Shown: positions 11,041 through 21,149, numbered from the stretch's first letter. The stretch is 61,552 bases of DNA from Rhizobium sp. (GCA_020621905.1 JAHRYZ010000001.1:1-61552); one strand, 5' to 3'. Notes: generated by a model not told the origin, from the sequence alone. Numbers and translations: made by a program.

Positions 11041-11174
11041 CTGTGATCTGCAGCCGGGGCCGCAGATCCGCAGTGTTTTCGGGCTTCACTGCCGATCATC
11101 AATCGGCATGGGACCTTTCGCATCACGGCATCTGACCTTGTTCTTCTGATCCTCCGCATCACGCCGAAACACAG

Positions 11175-11405
11175 TTTGGCCTCGACCATTTCCATGCCGC
11201 CATACCGCGAACCCCACCTGTAACAGGTCGCGTCGCTGACACCATACTTGCGGCACAGCTCAACAGCCGAAAGCCCGACCTGATGTTCCTTCAATTTACC
11301 GATGACCTGCTCGTCGCTGAAACGGGAACGCATCATTCTCCGTCTCCTTCTCCGGAGAATAGACGAACCTCAAACCGGGGACATTTCCGGGGGGGGGCAC
11401 GTTCA
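11175..11405 (-). mobile_element. IS3-family (IS407-group-like) remnant: left inverted repeat plus truncated orfA
   Basis: Begins TGAACGTGCCCCC...GGAAATGTCCCCGG at 11405; orfA MRSRFSDEQVIGKLKEHQVGLSAVELCRKYGVSDATCYRW.SRYGGME breaks off near 11178; no orfB. Confidence 0.85.
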
Positions 11406-11678
11406 GCTCGTCGAACATGCTTAGGGAGAGGACGTAACGGCCAAGCGGGCCGGCGCGCAGCATTGCCACCATGATTTGTCCCGTCAGCTTGCTGCCAGCA
11501 CTGCTCTGATCGGGCGGTGTAAACGCAGTGCTCTGACTTTTATTGGTTAAAATAGCACTAACACGGCTCTACGGAAATTCACCCCTAGAATTTTAAGGTA
11601 TTCTAACATATCAATATAACTAGGTAAGGGGCGTAAGCCCAAATGCATTGAGTTCAAGCGTTCGGGGGGCATCCGGAA

Positions 11679-12659
11679 ATGACAGTCAGCGTTTCAAGAG
11701 TATCTCTCGTTACCGGCGGTGCAGGCTTTATTGGATTCAATCTCTGCAAGAGACTGTTGCTGCAGGGCGACCATGTCATCTGCGTCGACGACATGACCTC
11801 AGGAATGCCGCAGCATGTGGACGAACTCCGGCGCCACGAGAACTTCCGTTTCCTGCATCACGACATCTGCGAGCCGTTGTCGCTGAAGGTCGATCGCATC
11901 TTTAACCTCGCGTGTCCGGCCTCGCCGCCCGCCTATCAGGCCGATCCCATCAAGACGGCGCTCACCAGCGTGCTCGGCGTGCGCAACATGCTTGAGCTGG
12001 CCCTGGCAAACGATGCCCGATTGCTGCACACCTCGACCTCCGAGGTCTACGGGGTCCCGCTCGAGCATCCTCAGCGGGAGAGCTACAACGGCAACGTGAA
12101 GACGATGGGACCGCGCGCCTGCTACGATGAGGGTAAGCGCTGTGCCGAGACCCTGCTCCACGACTATCACCGGGTCCGCGGCGCCGACGTGCGGGTCGTG
12201 CGCATCTTCAACCCCTACGGGCCCGGCATGCGTGCCGATGATGGCCGGGTGGTCTCGAATTTCGTCGTCCAGGCGCTGGCAGGTGAGGACCTGACGGTCT
12301 ACGGCGATGGAAGCTATACCCGGTCCTTCTGCTACGTCGATGATCTGGTCGACGGTATCTTGCTGCTGATGGAACTCGACGGCGAGCATCCACAGCCGGT
12401 CAACCTCGGCAACCCCCACGAGATCGCCATCAACGAACTGGCCGAACTCGTGCTGGCCATGACAGGATCCCGTTCGCGCATCGTGCATCTGGCGAATGCC
12501 GTCGATGACCCCAAGGTCCGTTGTCCCGACATCTCGAGGGCGACGACCCTGCTCGGCTGGCGGCCGAGAGTCGATATCGCGGACGGGCTGCGCCCAACCA
12601 TCGACCATTTCGGCCGCGCCATGACGGCGGCGGTCGAGACCGTTCCGGAGTTCGCGTGA
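11679..12659 (+). CDS. uxs: UDP-glucuronate decarboxylase (UDP-xylose synthase)
   Basis: GGAGFIG, NLACPASP, STSEVYG, RACYDEGKR, DDGRVVSNF. Confidence 0.93.
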   Translation: MTVSVSRVSLVTGGAGFIGFNLCKRLLLQGDHVICVDDMTSGMPQHVDELRRHENFRFLHHDICEPLSLKVDRIFNLACPASPPAYQADPIKTALTSVLGVRNMLELALANDARLLHTSTSEVYGVPLEHPQRESYNGNVKTMGPRACYDEGKRCAETLLHDYHRVRGADVRVVRIFNPYGPGMRADDGRVVSNFVVQALAGEDLTVYGDGSYTRSFCYVDDLVDGILLLMELDGEHPQPVNLGNPHEIAINELAELVLAMTGSRSRIVHLANAVDDPKVRCPDISRATTLLGWRPRVDIADGLRPTIDHFGRAMTAAVETVPEFA

Positions 12660-12728
12660 CGCCATGCAATCTCAGGGACAGTGGTTTCCACGTGCCGATT
12701 TCCCGCCGCAGCCGAAAGGCGGGCGGCG

Positions 12729-14588
12729 ATGAGCGCGATCCCGCATATCGGAGACGGCACCTTCCAGTCGAAGGTTCGAGTCGCGGACGGGCAGCTTCTG
12801 CAGCCGGTGTTTTCCGGTTGGCGAAAGGCGGTCAACTGGATCGGAATCCTCGTCTGGCTCGGCTGCGTCGGCTATCTCGGCGAATGGTGGTTCGACAGCG
12901 CGCATGTCAAAAGCTATCCGCGCTACATCGCGGTGACCATCGCGCTCGCCTGGATCACGCTGATCCCGGCCTATTTCATCTTCATCTTCGCCTTCGCCAC
13001 GGTGCCTGTGGACAACGTGGACGTGCCGTCCGACTGGCGGATCGCGGCCGTCGTGACCAAGGCTCCGTCCGAACCGCTGGCCGTCGTGCAGAAGACGCTG
13101 CTCGGGGCGCTGCATCAGGAGGGCGTGCGGCACGACGTCTGGCTCGCGGACGAGGCACCGAGCGTCGAAACACTCGCATGGTGTCACGAAAATGGCGTTC
13201 GGGTCTCGACCCGGCGCGGTGCCGAGGACTACCAGCGGGCCGACTGGCCCCGGCGGGCACGCTGCAAGGAAGGCAATCTCGCCTATTTCTACGATCATTA
13301 CGGCTACAGCCGCTATGACATCGTCTCCCAGTTCGACGCCGACCACGTGCCGTCTCCCGGATATCTGAAGCGCGCCGTGGCGCCCTTCATCGACCCGAAG
13401 GTCGGCTACGTGTCAGCACCGAGCATCTGCGACACCAATGCCGAGCAAAACTGGGCGGCGCGGGGACGGCTCTATGTCGAGGCCAGCCTGCATGGGGCAT
13501 TGCAAGTCGGATACAATTCGGGGTGGGGCCCGCTCTGCATCGGCTCGCATTACACGGTTCGCACAGCTGCGTTGAAGCAGATCGGCGGCCTTGGTCCGGA
13601 ACTCGCAGAGGACCACTCCACCACCCTGCTGTTCAATGCCGGCGGCTGGCGCGGGGTCCATGCCGTCAACGCGATCGCGCACGGCGCGGGGCCGGAAACC
13701 TTCACCGACCTCGTCGTGCAGGAGTTTCAGTGGTCGCGCAGCCTGATGACGATCCTTCTGAAATACTCGCCGACCTACATGCCGAGGCTCCATGGGCGCA
13801 TTCGGTTCCAGTTCCTGTTCTCGCAGTTCTGGTATCCGCTGTTTTCGGTCATGATGGCGATGATGTACGTGATGCCGCTCTACTCGCTGCTGAGCGGCGC
13901 GCCGATGGTCAACGCGACCTATTTCGATTTCTTCACGCATATGCTTCCGGTCTCGACGGTGGTTCTCATCCTGGCCTACTGGTGGCGCTCGACAGGAATG
14001 TTCCGTCCCGCGGATGCGAAGATCCTCTCCTGGGAAGGCATCGCCTTTCTCTTCTTGCGCTGGCCCTGGTCTCTTATCGGCACGGTGGCGGCGATCATCG
14101 ACCATCTGGGCGGCCGGGTCGCGGATTTCCGCGTTACCCCTAAAGGTCAAAAGAGCACGGCGCCGCTGCCCTTCCGGGTGATCGCTCCTTATCTCTTCCT
14201 TGCGCTCGTTTCTGCCGCCACGGCTTGGCTGGTGCGCGACCCCGGCACGGCTGCCGGCTTCTACGTGTTCAATATCATGAATGCCGTCATTTATGGCGGT
14301 CTCACGCTCCTCGTACTGATCCGGCACAGTCTGGAGAATGGGTCAGACTTCCTGCCGCGAACCGCGCAGGGCCTGCTGGTCGCAGTCCTGTTCGCGACGT
14401 TGAGCGGCGGTATCAGCCTCGCCGTTCACGATAACGGACTGAAGGGGTTAGCGGCCTGGAACGAGGGCATTACCGCTTTCTCCTTGACGCGACGGATCTA
14501 CTCCTACTCCGGCGCCGGCCAATCGATGTCGGGCGAGCCAGAACTGAGATTCGAGCCGCGCTGGAATCCCCGCGCTGAAGAGTATTGA
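12729..14588 (+). CDS. Cellulose-synthase-like GT2 processive glycosyltransferase (ApsS-like)
   Basis: Two N-terminal TMs; DE, KEGNL, FDADH, LAEDH and QEFQW motifs; multiple C-terminal TMs; no PilZ tail evident. Confidence 0.88.
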   Translation: MSAIPHIGDGTFQSKVRVADGQLLQPVFSGWRKAVNWIGILVWLGCVGYLGEWWFDSAHVKSYPRYIAVTIALAWITLIPAYFIFIFAFATVPVDNVDVPSDWRIAAVVTKAPSEPLAVVQKTLLGALHQEGVRHDVWLADEAPSVETLAWCHENGVRVSTRRGAEDYQRADWPRRARCKEGNLAYFYDHYGYSRYDIVSQFDADHVPSPGYLKRAVAPFIDPKVGYVSAPSICDTNAEQNWAARGRLYVEASLHGALQVGYNSGWGPLCIGSHYTVRTAALKQIGGLGPELAEDHSTTLLFNAGGWRGVHAVNAIAHGAGPETFTDLVVQEFQWSRSLMTILLKYSPTYMPRLHGRIRFQFLFSQFWYPLFSVMMAMMYVMPLYSLLSGAPMVNATYFDFFTHMLPVSTVVLILAYWWRSTGMFRPADAKILSWEGIAFLFLRWPWSLIGTVAAIIDHLGGRVADFRVTPKGQKSTAPLPFRVIAPYLFLALVSAATAWLVRDPGTAAGFYVFNIMNAVIYGGLTLLVLIRHSLENGSDFLPRTAQGLLVAVLFATLSGGISLAVHDNGLKGLAAWNEGITAFSLTRRIYSYSGAGQSMSGEPELRFEPRWNPRAEEY

Positions 14589-14604
14589 AACCGGAGTGAA
14601 AAAA

Positions 14605-16008
14605 ATGGTTGGAAAGAAGCTTGCAGTCGTCGGCACCGGCTATGTGGGCTTGGTCGCGGGCGCGTGTTTTGCCAAAATGGGCCACGATGTGATTTGCGTC
14701 GACATCGACGCGGAACGGATCGTCATGCTGCAGAGGGGCGGCATTCCGATCTATGAGCCTGGCCTCGAGACGCTCGTCCACGAGGGTGTGGCCGCCGGAC
14801 GGCTGACCTTCTCGACGAAGATCGCCGACGCGGCGCCCTGCGATGCGGCGTTCATCGCGGTTGGCACTCCACCCCGCAAGACCGACGGCGAGGCCGACCT
14901 CTCCTTTGTCTACGAATGCGCGCGTGAGCTCGCCGCCGTGCTGAAACCCGGCGCGGTGATCGTCGACAAGTCCACCGTTCCCGTCGGCACAGGCGACGCC
15001 GTCGAGCGGATCGTCAGGAAGACTCGTCCCGGCATCACGATCCATGTCGCATCCAATCCCGAATTCTTGCGCGAGGGATCCGCGATCGGAGATTTCATGG
15101 AGCCGGATCGTATCGTTATCGGGTGCAACGACAAGGCGTCCGAAGATACGTTGAGCGCCATTTACGCGCCTTTGCAGGCGAAGGGCTATCGCCTGATCAA
15201 GACCAAGCGCCGCAGCGCCGAACTCATCAAGTACGCCGCGAACGCGTTCCTGGCGACCAAGATCACCTTCATCAACGAGATGGCCGATCTGTGCGAGGCC
15301 GTGGATGCCGACATTGCCGACGTGGCGCTTGGCATGGGAACGGACAGCCGCATCGGCCCGCAATTCCTCCAGGCGGGTCCCGGCTATGGCGGCTCATGCT
15401 TCCCCAAGGATACGCTGGCGCTGGTGCGCACCTCGCAGGAGTTCGGCGTCCACCTGAGGATCGTCGAGGAAACCGTCGCGGCTAACAGCGCCCGCAAGCG
15501 CCGGATGGCGCTGAAGGTGCGTCACATTATGCACGGCAAAGTGGAGGGAAAGAAGATCTCGGTGCTCGGACTGACGTTCAAGGCCGACACCGACGACATG
15601 CGCGATTCTCCGTCCATTCCGTTGATCGAGCTCCTGCAGAGAGCAGGCGCAGACGTGCACGCCTATGACCCTGAAGGCATCGAGCAGGCGAAGAAGATCT
15701 TGAAGGATGTCACCTACCATCTTGACCCATATCAATGTTCGCAGGGTGCCGACGCGGTAGTTATAATGACGGATTGGGAGAGTATAAGACATATTGATCT
15801 GGCGATGCTATCGTCGGTGATGCGGTCGCATTTGCTGATCGACCTGCGTCGGGTCTATCCGCCGGAGGAGGCGGCAAAATATGGATTTACGGTCGAAACC
15901 ATTGGACGAACCGGCCTTGAACCGCATCCGATCGCGCAATTCGAGCCGCAGTTCATGAGCCCCGACATCAACGCCTTCACACGGAAAGCGGAAGAAGAGT
16001 TCGCGTAG
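14605..16008 (+). CDS. ugd: UDP-glucose 6-dehydrogenase
   Basis: GTGYVG, KSTVPVGT, SNPEFLREG, GYGGSCFPKD, TDDMRDSP. Confidence 0.93.
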   Translation: MVGKKLAVVGTGYVGLVAGACFAKMGHDVICVDIDAERIVMLQRGGIPIYEPGLETLVHEGVAAGRLTFSTKIADAAPCDAAFIAVGTPPRKTDGEADLSFVYECARELAAVLKPGAVIVDKSTVPVGTGDAVERIVRKTRPGITIHVASNPEFLREGSAIGDFMEPDRIVIGCNDKASEDTLSAIYAPLQAKGYRLIKTKRRSAELIKYAANAFLATKITFINEMADLCEAVDADIADVALGMGTDSRIGPQFLQAGPGYGGSCFPKDTLALVRTSQEFGVHLRIVEETVAANSARKRRMALKVRHIMHGKVEGKKISVLGLTFKADTDDMRDSPSIPLIELLQRAGADVHAYDPEGIEQAKKILKDVTYHLDPYQCSQGADAVVIMTDWESIRHIDLAMLSSVMRSHLLIDLRRVYPPEEAAKYGFTVETIGRTGLEPHPIAQFEPQFMSPDINAFTRKAEEEFA

Positions 16009-16029
16009 TTCGAATTCGCAGGCAAGGGA

Positions 16030-16588
16030 ATGGAAATGGGATTGGTTCCGGCAAGATACAGGGCCCAGCTCGTCAAGGCACGCAGACGGACAGAGGCCGT
16101 TGTCGCGCTCGCCGCGGCCATCGCGCTCGGTGTCGGGCCAGTCCTTGCGCAGGAGCCGTTGCCCGCCGATGGCCGGCCGCTGACTGCGGTCGAAATCTTC
16201 ATGCTGATCAAGGATCGCTCGTGGCGATGGAGCGAGGGCGCCGGGCGCTTCTTCGACAAGGAGAGACGGTTCCTCGCCTTTACGCGTGGGAAGGATGGTC
16301 CCAAGTATGGCGGGGCCGTTTCCTCGTCACCGACGGCGGCGCCTGTCTCGTTTCCCTTGGCATGAGCCGCGTCTACAAGCGATGCAGAACCTGCTTCCTC
16401 CACAAGCAGGCCGACGGCATCATCTACCAGCGCCGCGAGGTCGGCGGAGATGGTATGCATTCAAGCACACGCCGCTGCTCGAGGACAAACGAGTACGCCA
16501 AGTTCACGAAGAGGGACCTTGTATCTGAGGGGTAGCGAAGATCAAAGCCGAGATAGGCGCCAAGGATTCAAATCAGAAAGGCAACTAA
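16030..16588 (+). CDS. DUF995 domain secreted protein (frameshifted in this sequence)
   Basis: Signal peptide, RPLTAVEIFMLIKDRSWRWSEGAGRFF; continues in other frames (GRFLVTDGG.AC, TCFLHKQADGIIYQRRE..G.WYAFKH); paralogous to 20444-20965. Confidence 0.7.
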
Positions 16589-16590
16589 CG

Positions 16591-17580
16591 ATGAGCGAGA
16601 AGAACATGAGTATGTCCCGACGTGGAATGTTCCGGACCGCAGCCGCGCTCGCGGGCGGCGCCACGTTCGTGTTTGCCGCCGGGCGGACACAAGCGCAGGA
16701 CGCGGCACCTTTCAGGGATGTGATGAAGGACAAGCGTCCGATCATTCATCCTGACGGATCCCGGTTCGGCGCCTATGACCCCTATGGCGATTTTAAGGAC
16801 GAGAAGGGCGACGTCACCGAGCACCTGTTCCTGCCCTGGGAGGACGTCGACCTGTCCGGCCTGGGCATGGCAGACGCCTATGCCTTCGAACGCGGCCGCA
16901 AAATCCTCATCACCGTCGAGCCTTGGTCCTGGGACCTAGACTGGAACGTCTCGTCGAACCAATTGCGCCAGCGCGTCCTTTCCGGCTACTACGACGCAAA
17001 CATGCAAGCCATCTGCGACGCGGTCTCCGGCTTCAAGTGCCCGATCATTATCCGCTGGGCGCATGAGATGGAGAACCCCTACGGCCGCTTCACCTGGTCG
17101 CTGTGGCCGCCGGCGGACTATATCAAGGCCTTCAAGCGGATGCATGCGATCGTCAAGAAGACGCTGCCGAATGCCACCATGATGTGGTCGCCGCGCGGCG
17201 AAAAGGGTCTGCAGGACTACTATCCCGGTGACGAGTTCGTCGACATCATCGGTCTCAGCGTGTTCGGCTACGAGGATTTCGACAAGATCGAATTCGGCGG
17301 GCCGCGCTCCTTCGCGGAGAGCGTGAAGCAGGGATACGAACAGTCGTCCGGGTTCGGCAAGCCGATCTGGGTCGCCGAACTGGCGTATGAAGGCAGCAAG
17401 GAATACATCACCAAGTGGGTCGAGGAAGCGACGCTCGGCTATCCCGAGTACCCGGCGCTCGAGGAAGTCGTCTACTTCAACGACAAGGAAGTCTGGCCCT
17501 GGCCGCACGGGCTCGGAACGCCGAACTGGCGGGTCGTGCGCGACGCTCCGTCCTACCCGCAGCGTCCGAAGCGCGGCTGA
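16591..17580 (+). CDS. Glycoside hydrolase family 26, Tat-exported (ApsH-like)
   Basis: SRRGMF Tat signal; IRWAHEME (acid/base), YYPGDEFVDIIG, IWVAELA (nucleophile). Confidence 0.88.
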   Translation: MSEKNMSMSRRGMFRTAAALAGGATFVFAAGRTQAQDAAPFRDVMKDKRPIIHPDGSRFGAYDPYGDFKDEKGDVTEHLFLPWEDVDLSGLGMADAYAFERGRKILITVEPWSWDLDWNVSSNQLRQRVLSGYYDANMQAICDAVSGFKCPIIIRWAHEMENPYGRFTWSLWPPADYIKAFKRMHAIVKKTLPNATMMWSPRGEKGLQDYYPGDEFVDIIGLSVFGYEDFDKIEFGGPRSFAESVKQGYEQSSGFGKPIWVAELAYEGSKEYITKWVEEATLGYPEYPALEEVVYFNDKEVWPWPHGLGTPNWRVVRDAPSYPQRPKRG

Positions 17581-17610
17581 CGCCTTCGGCCGAGCACATG
17601 GTGAAAGACG

Positions 17611-17638
17611 AAGGGCCGGCAATGAGCCGGCCCTTTTG
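17611..17638. terminator. Terminator between convergent GH26 genes
   Basis: aagggccggc-aatga-gccggccctttt. Confidence 0.7.
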
Positions 17639-17668
17639 CCATTGAGGGTTTCGGTCCAGGGATATCGC

Positions 17669-18631
17669 TCAGGGCGTGTTCTGGGCCACGGCCGTCGACA
17701 GGCGTCGGGCATTCGCGAACCAACCACTCTTGATGCGCCAGTCCGGGGCACCGTAACCAAGCGGCCACTGGTGCGGTTCCTTGTCGTTGAAATAGACCAC
17801 GCCCTGCAGCAGGCCGAACTCGCCGCGCCGGGAAACGGTGTCATAGAGACTGCCAAACCAGTCGCGCCGGTAGGCCGCATCGCCCGACACACCCAGCTCG
17901 GCGATCAGGACCGGCTTGCCGAAGCCGGCGACGCGGTCGTATTTTTCCCTGAAGGTCTGCCGGAAATCGCGCCAGCCTCCGAAATAGTCCCGATCCATGG
18001 CCTGAAGGCCCCAGACTGCCAGGCCGACATAGTCGACATGGGCATCTCCCGGATAGTATCGCGCGAGATTCTTCTCGCCCTTCGGGGACCAGACGAAGGC
18101 TGCGTCCGGCACGTGGCGACGGCAGGCATCCACGAAATATCGATAGGCCGACTTGTAGCCTTCACTGTCCTTTCGCGCCCAGGGATAGCGGCCCGTGGCG
18201 TCTTCCATCTCGTGGCCCCAGCGGACCAGCAGCCGGCCGCCAAAATCGCCCATTGCGCCACAGACGGTATCGATCTGCTTGTCGAATCTGCCGGCGGTGA
18301 TGTCGCCGAACAGCCGTTCACCGCCGTCACGCCAGTTGGCGGCCTTGGTATAGGGTTCCACGGTGACGATCATCGCGCGGTCGCGCTTTCGCGCATAGGC
18401 GAGCCGGCCCTTCAGATCCTGGACGTCCAGCGCCTGCCAGTAGACGAAGATGTGCTCGATATCCACGTCGCTTTCGCCGGCGAATTCGCGATGAGGATCG
18501 TAGACGCCGAGGGCGACCCGCGCGTTCTCCTCCGTCACGCCCTTCGGGGCCGTCGCCGGGATCGCCGCCACGCCGCCCAGCGCGAGAACGGCTATCGACA
18601 CCAAGCCCATCACAATGCCCTTCATCACCAT
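17669..18631 (-). CDS. Glycoside hydrolase family 26 (second ApsH-like copy)
   Basis: Signal peptide; VRWGHEME, YYPGDAHVDYVG, VLIAELG. Confidence 0.88.
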   Translation of the reverse strand: MVMKGIVMGLVSIAVLALGGVAAIPATAPKGVTEENARVALGVYDPHREFAGESDVDIEHIFVYWQALDVQDLKGRLAYARKRDRAMIVTVEPYTKAANWRDGGERLFGDITAGRFDKQIDTVCGAMGDFGGRLLVRWGHEMEDATGRYPWARKDSEGYKSAYRYFVDACRRHVPDAAFVWSPKGEKNLARYYPGDAHVDYVGLAVWGLQAMDRDYFGGWRDFRQTFREKYDRVAGFGKPVLIAELGVSGDAAYRRDWFGSLYDTVSRRGEFGLLQGVVYFNDKEPHQWPLGYGAPDWRIKSGWFANARRLSTAVAQNTP

Positions 18632-18886
18632 CGTTCCTAGGTGAACCAATCGTCATTCTCCCATCACGTGATTTCGGAAATGCTAAAGCGATCCGTTGTC
18701 TTCTAACGAGTTCTCGCATTTGGGGACCGCAGTTGATGCAGCGATGTCGCTCACCGCAGCGAACTCAATTCGCGTCCAGGCCCCGGCAGGCCCTACGGCG
18801 TGATTCGGCCGAAAGTTTGGTAGCTTTGTGGCCGGCTTTTATCGTAACGCTGAGAGAAGAAGAAACACTTGGACCGGTACAGCAAG

Positions 18887-19854
18887 ATGAAGACCATTCT
18901 CGTCACCGGCGGAGCCGGATATATCGGCTCCCACGTCTGCAAGGAGCTGGCCGCGCGCGGCTATCGGCCAATTACCTACGACAGCCTGGTTAACGGCCAT
19001 CGCGAGGCCGTGCGCTGGGGGCCTTTCGAGCATGGCGACGTGCGCGACCGTCGACGGCTCGACGAGGTCATCTCGCGTTATCGACCGGAGGCGGCGATCA
19101 TTTATGAGCTTCGCCTTCTGGGCCAATCCGTTGCCGGCGGAAGTATTACAGCAATAACGTCGGCGGCAGCCTCGCTTTGCTCGAGGCGATGATCGCTCAG
19201 GGCGTGAAGCGTCTCATATTCTCAAGCAGTTGCGCGACCTATGGCATTCCCGACAGGGTGCCGATAGCCGAGACCGATGCACAGCGGCCGATCAATCCCT
19301 ACGGGATGTCGAAGCTGATGTTCGAACGGATGCTGCCGGATTTCGAAATCGCGCACGGCCTGCAATGGATCGCGCTGCGCTATTTCAATGCCGCGGGCGC
19401 CGATCCGGACGGCGAGATTGGCGAGGACCACGATCCGGAAACCCGCATCATTCCGCTCGTGCTGGCGGCCGCGGATCAGCAGGGCGAGGACGTAACCGTC
19501 TACGGCTCGGACTACGACACTCCCGACGGGACCTGCATTCGGGACTATTCCGTCACCGATCGCCGATGCCATGTAAGGCCCTCGACGCGCCGCCGGGGAG
19601 GCGTCGCAGGCGCTCAATCTTGGCACCGGCGCCGGCTGTTCGGTCATGCAGGTCATCGAGCCGTCCGGACGTCACGGGTCTTGAGGTTCCCCATCGACAG
19701 GCGCGCGGCGAGACGGAGACCCGGCGGTGCTGGTCGCGGATGCCTCAGGGCGCGCGCCGTCCTCGGCTGGCAGCCGACACACAGTTCCATCGGCGAGATC
19801 GTGGAGACGGCGCGGTGGCACCTCAAGAAGAAGGCCCGGCACCCTGCTGGCTGA
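18887..19854 (+). CDS. GalE-like UDP-sugar 4-epimerase, probably UDP-xylose 4-epimerase (multiple frameshifts)
   Basis: GGAGYIGSH, FSSSCATYG, PINPYGMSK, LRYFNAAGAD, DGTCIRDY; indels at ~19100 and ~19550-19820. Confidence 0.8.
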
Positions 19855-20004
19855 ATTCCGTGTCCTCCAAACGAAAAAAATCGGTCATCACCCGCGATTC
19901 CTTAGAATTGCCGGGATCAGTGTTAGTGGACGTTAATATTCGTCTTTTAGACTGATTCCAAAGCCGGGAGTGCCGGCGGTGCCAACCCAAGAGGATACGA
20001 TTCC

Positions 20005-20277
20005 ATGCCAGACAGCCCATCCGTCGATCGCGCCCCGAAGCGACGCCTCCCGAACGTGATCGCCAGGATCATGCTGGCGACGGCCTGCCTGTCGTTCACG
20101 GCTGCGCCGAGTTTCGCCGAAAAGAGGGGAGCTCCGATGGTGAAGGCGGTTGCCCAGACGACGCCGCTGTGGCCCCAGATGCGCAAAAAGGTACGCGTGT
20201 CGGGCTCGGCCTATGTCTGCATGCCGAGCGGCTTCGGCCAGAAGGGTCGATGCGTCCAGCGCGCGAGCATGCTCTGA
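20005..20277 (+). CDS. Small secreted hypothetical protein with C-terminal two-Cys motif
   Basis: GAGGA RBS, signal peptide ending SFA, C-terminal YVCMPSGFGQKGRC; followed by an 11-bp stem at 20281-20313. Confidence 0.65.
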   Translation: MPDSPSVDRAPKRRLPNVIARIMLATACLSFTAAPSFAEKRGAPMVKAVAQTTPLWPQMRKKVRVSGSAYVCMPSGFGQKGRCVQRASML

Positions 20278-20443
20278 TACCATGGGAGGTGCGGTGCTGC
20301 CCCACCTCCCATGAGTTTCCACCCGGTCCACCACCCCGACTCGTCGATCCGGGTTGGGAGCTGACGGGTGGCAATGTGCGAACGACGCAGGTTGCGCGAC
20401 GTCGTTAATCACGCCACGGCAAGCGGTGGGCGTTCGTCCCTCG

Positions 20444-20965
20444 CTATCGAGAAAGAGCCAGCTTGTTACGCTCGTAGCTGGCGGCTACGCGATTGCCGGT
20501 CTTCAGCTTGAGGATCTCGTCGCCGGTCTGGCGGGGAAGGTGGCTGAACACATACCACCCACCGTCTGGCAGCCGACGTTGCGAGATCGTTCTGCCGTCC
20601 GTTTTGTGTTCGAAGCAGGTCAGGGCCTCGGCATTCCCATCCGCGGCAGACCAGGTCGCGCGAAAACAGGCGCGTCCCGGATTCGTCAGGAACCATCGAC
20701 CCTCGGCATAGCTTCCGTTACGTCCGCTCTTTGTGAAGGCCGTGAAGCGGCGGGCGGCGACCTCGAAATAGCCCGCGCCGTCCTCCCAGATCCAGGTGCG
20801 GTTTGCGTAGATGTCGTAGAGTTCGCCAGTCGTCAGAGGGCGTGCCTCCACCGCCTGCTCAGGCGCCTGGTCAATGACATCCGCCGAATTGACGTTGGTC
20901 GTTGCCAGGAGGGTTAGCATGAATGCTGTCACTCTAACGGTGTGGGAATGGAAGGGGTTTTTCAT
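20444..20965 (-). CDS. DUF995 domain secreted protein
   Basis: Signal peptide; RPLTTGELYDIYANRTWIWEDGAGYF, SYAEGRW, GRACFRATW, TCFEH, DGGWYVFSH. Confidence 0.8.
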   Translation of the reverse strand: MKNPFHSHTVRVTAFMLTLLATTNVNSADVIDQAPEQAVEARPLTTGELYDIYANRTWIWEDGAGYFEVAARRFTAFTKSGRNGSYAEGRWFLTNPGRACFRATWSAADGNAEALTCFEHKTDGRTISQRRLPDGGWYVFSHLPRQTGDEILKLKTGNRVAASYERNKLALSR

Positions 20966-21149
20966 CGGCCTCTCGATACTACCTAAGTCTCTATTATTTC
21001 TATCATTGTTCTTTCTACCATGCTCTTGGACCAAACGACAGTGCGGATTTTCTCCATGTGGCGCTATAGGCATCAGCTTGCCCTGCGCTGCGCGCGATGG
21101 GTCTGACCGACTGCGCTTGAGCCGCCGCGTCGCCTTAATCTCGGGCGAC

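Noticed and set aside
10833-11336. 167-aa ORF that looks like a transposase-membrane protein fusion
   Set aside because: Chance in-frame read-through from truncated IS3 orfA across the junction into the chaA C-terminal fragment
11389-11397. Poly-G run as a phase-variation tract
   Set aside because: It lies in the IS3 terminal repeat, not in a gene or host promoter, and homopolymer length is unreliable in this sequence
15700-15910. AT-richer stretch at the 3' end of ugd
   Set aside because: The frame stays open and ugd-like; it could hide an internal promoter, but no clear motif supports this
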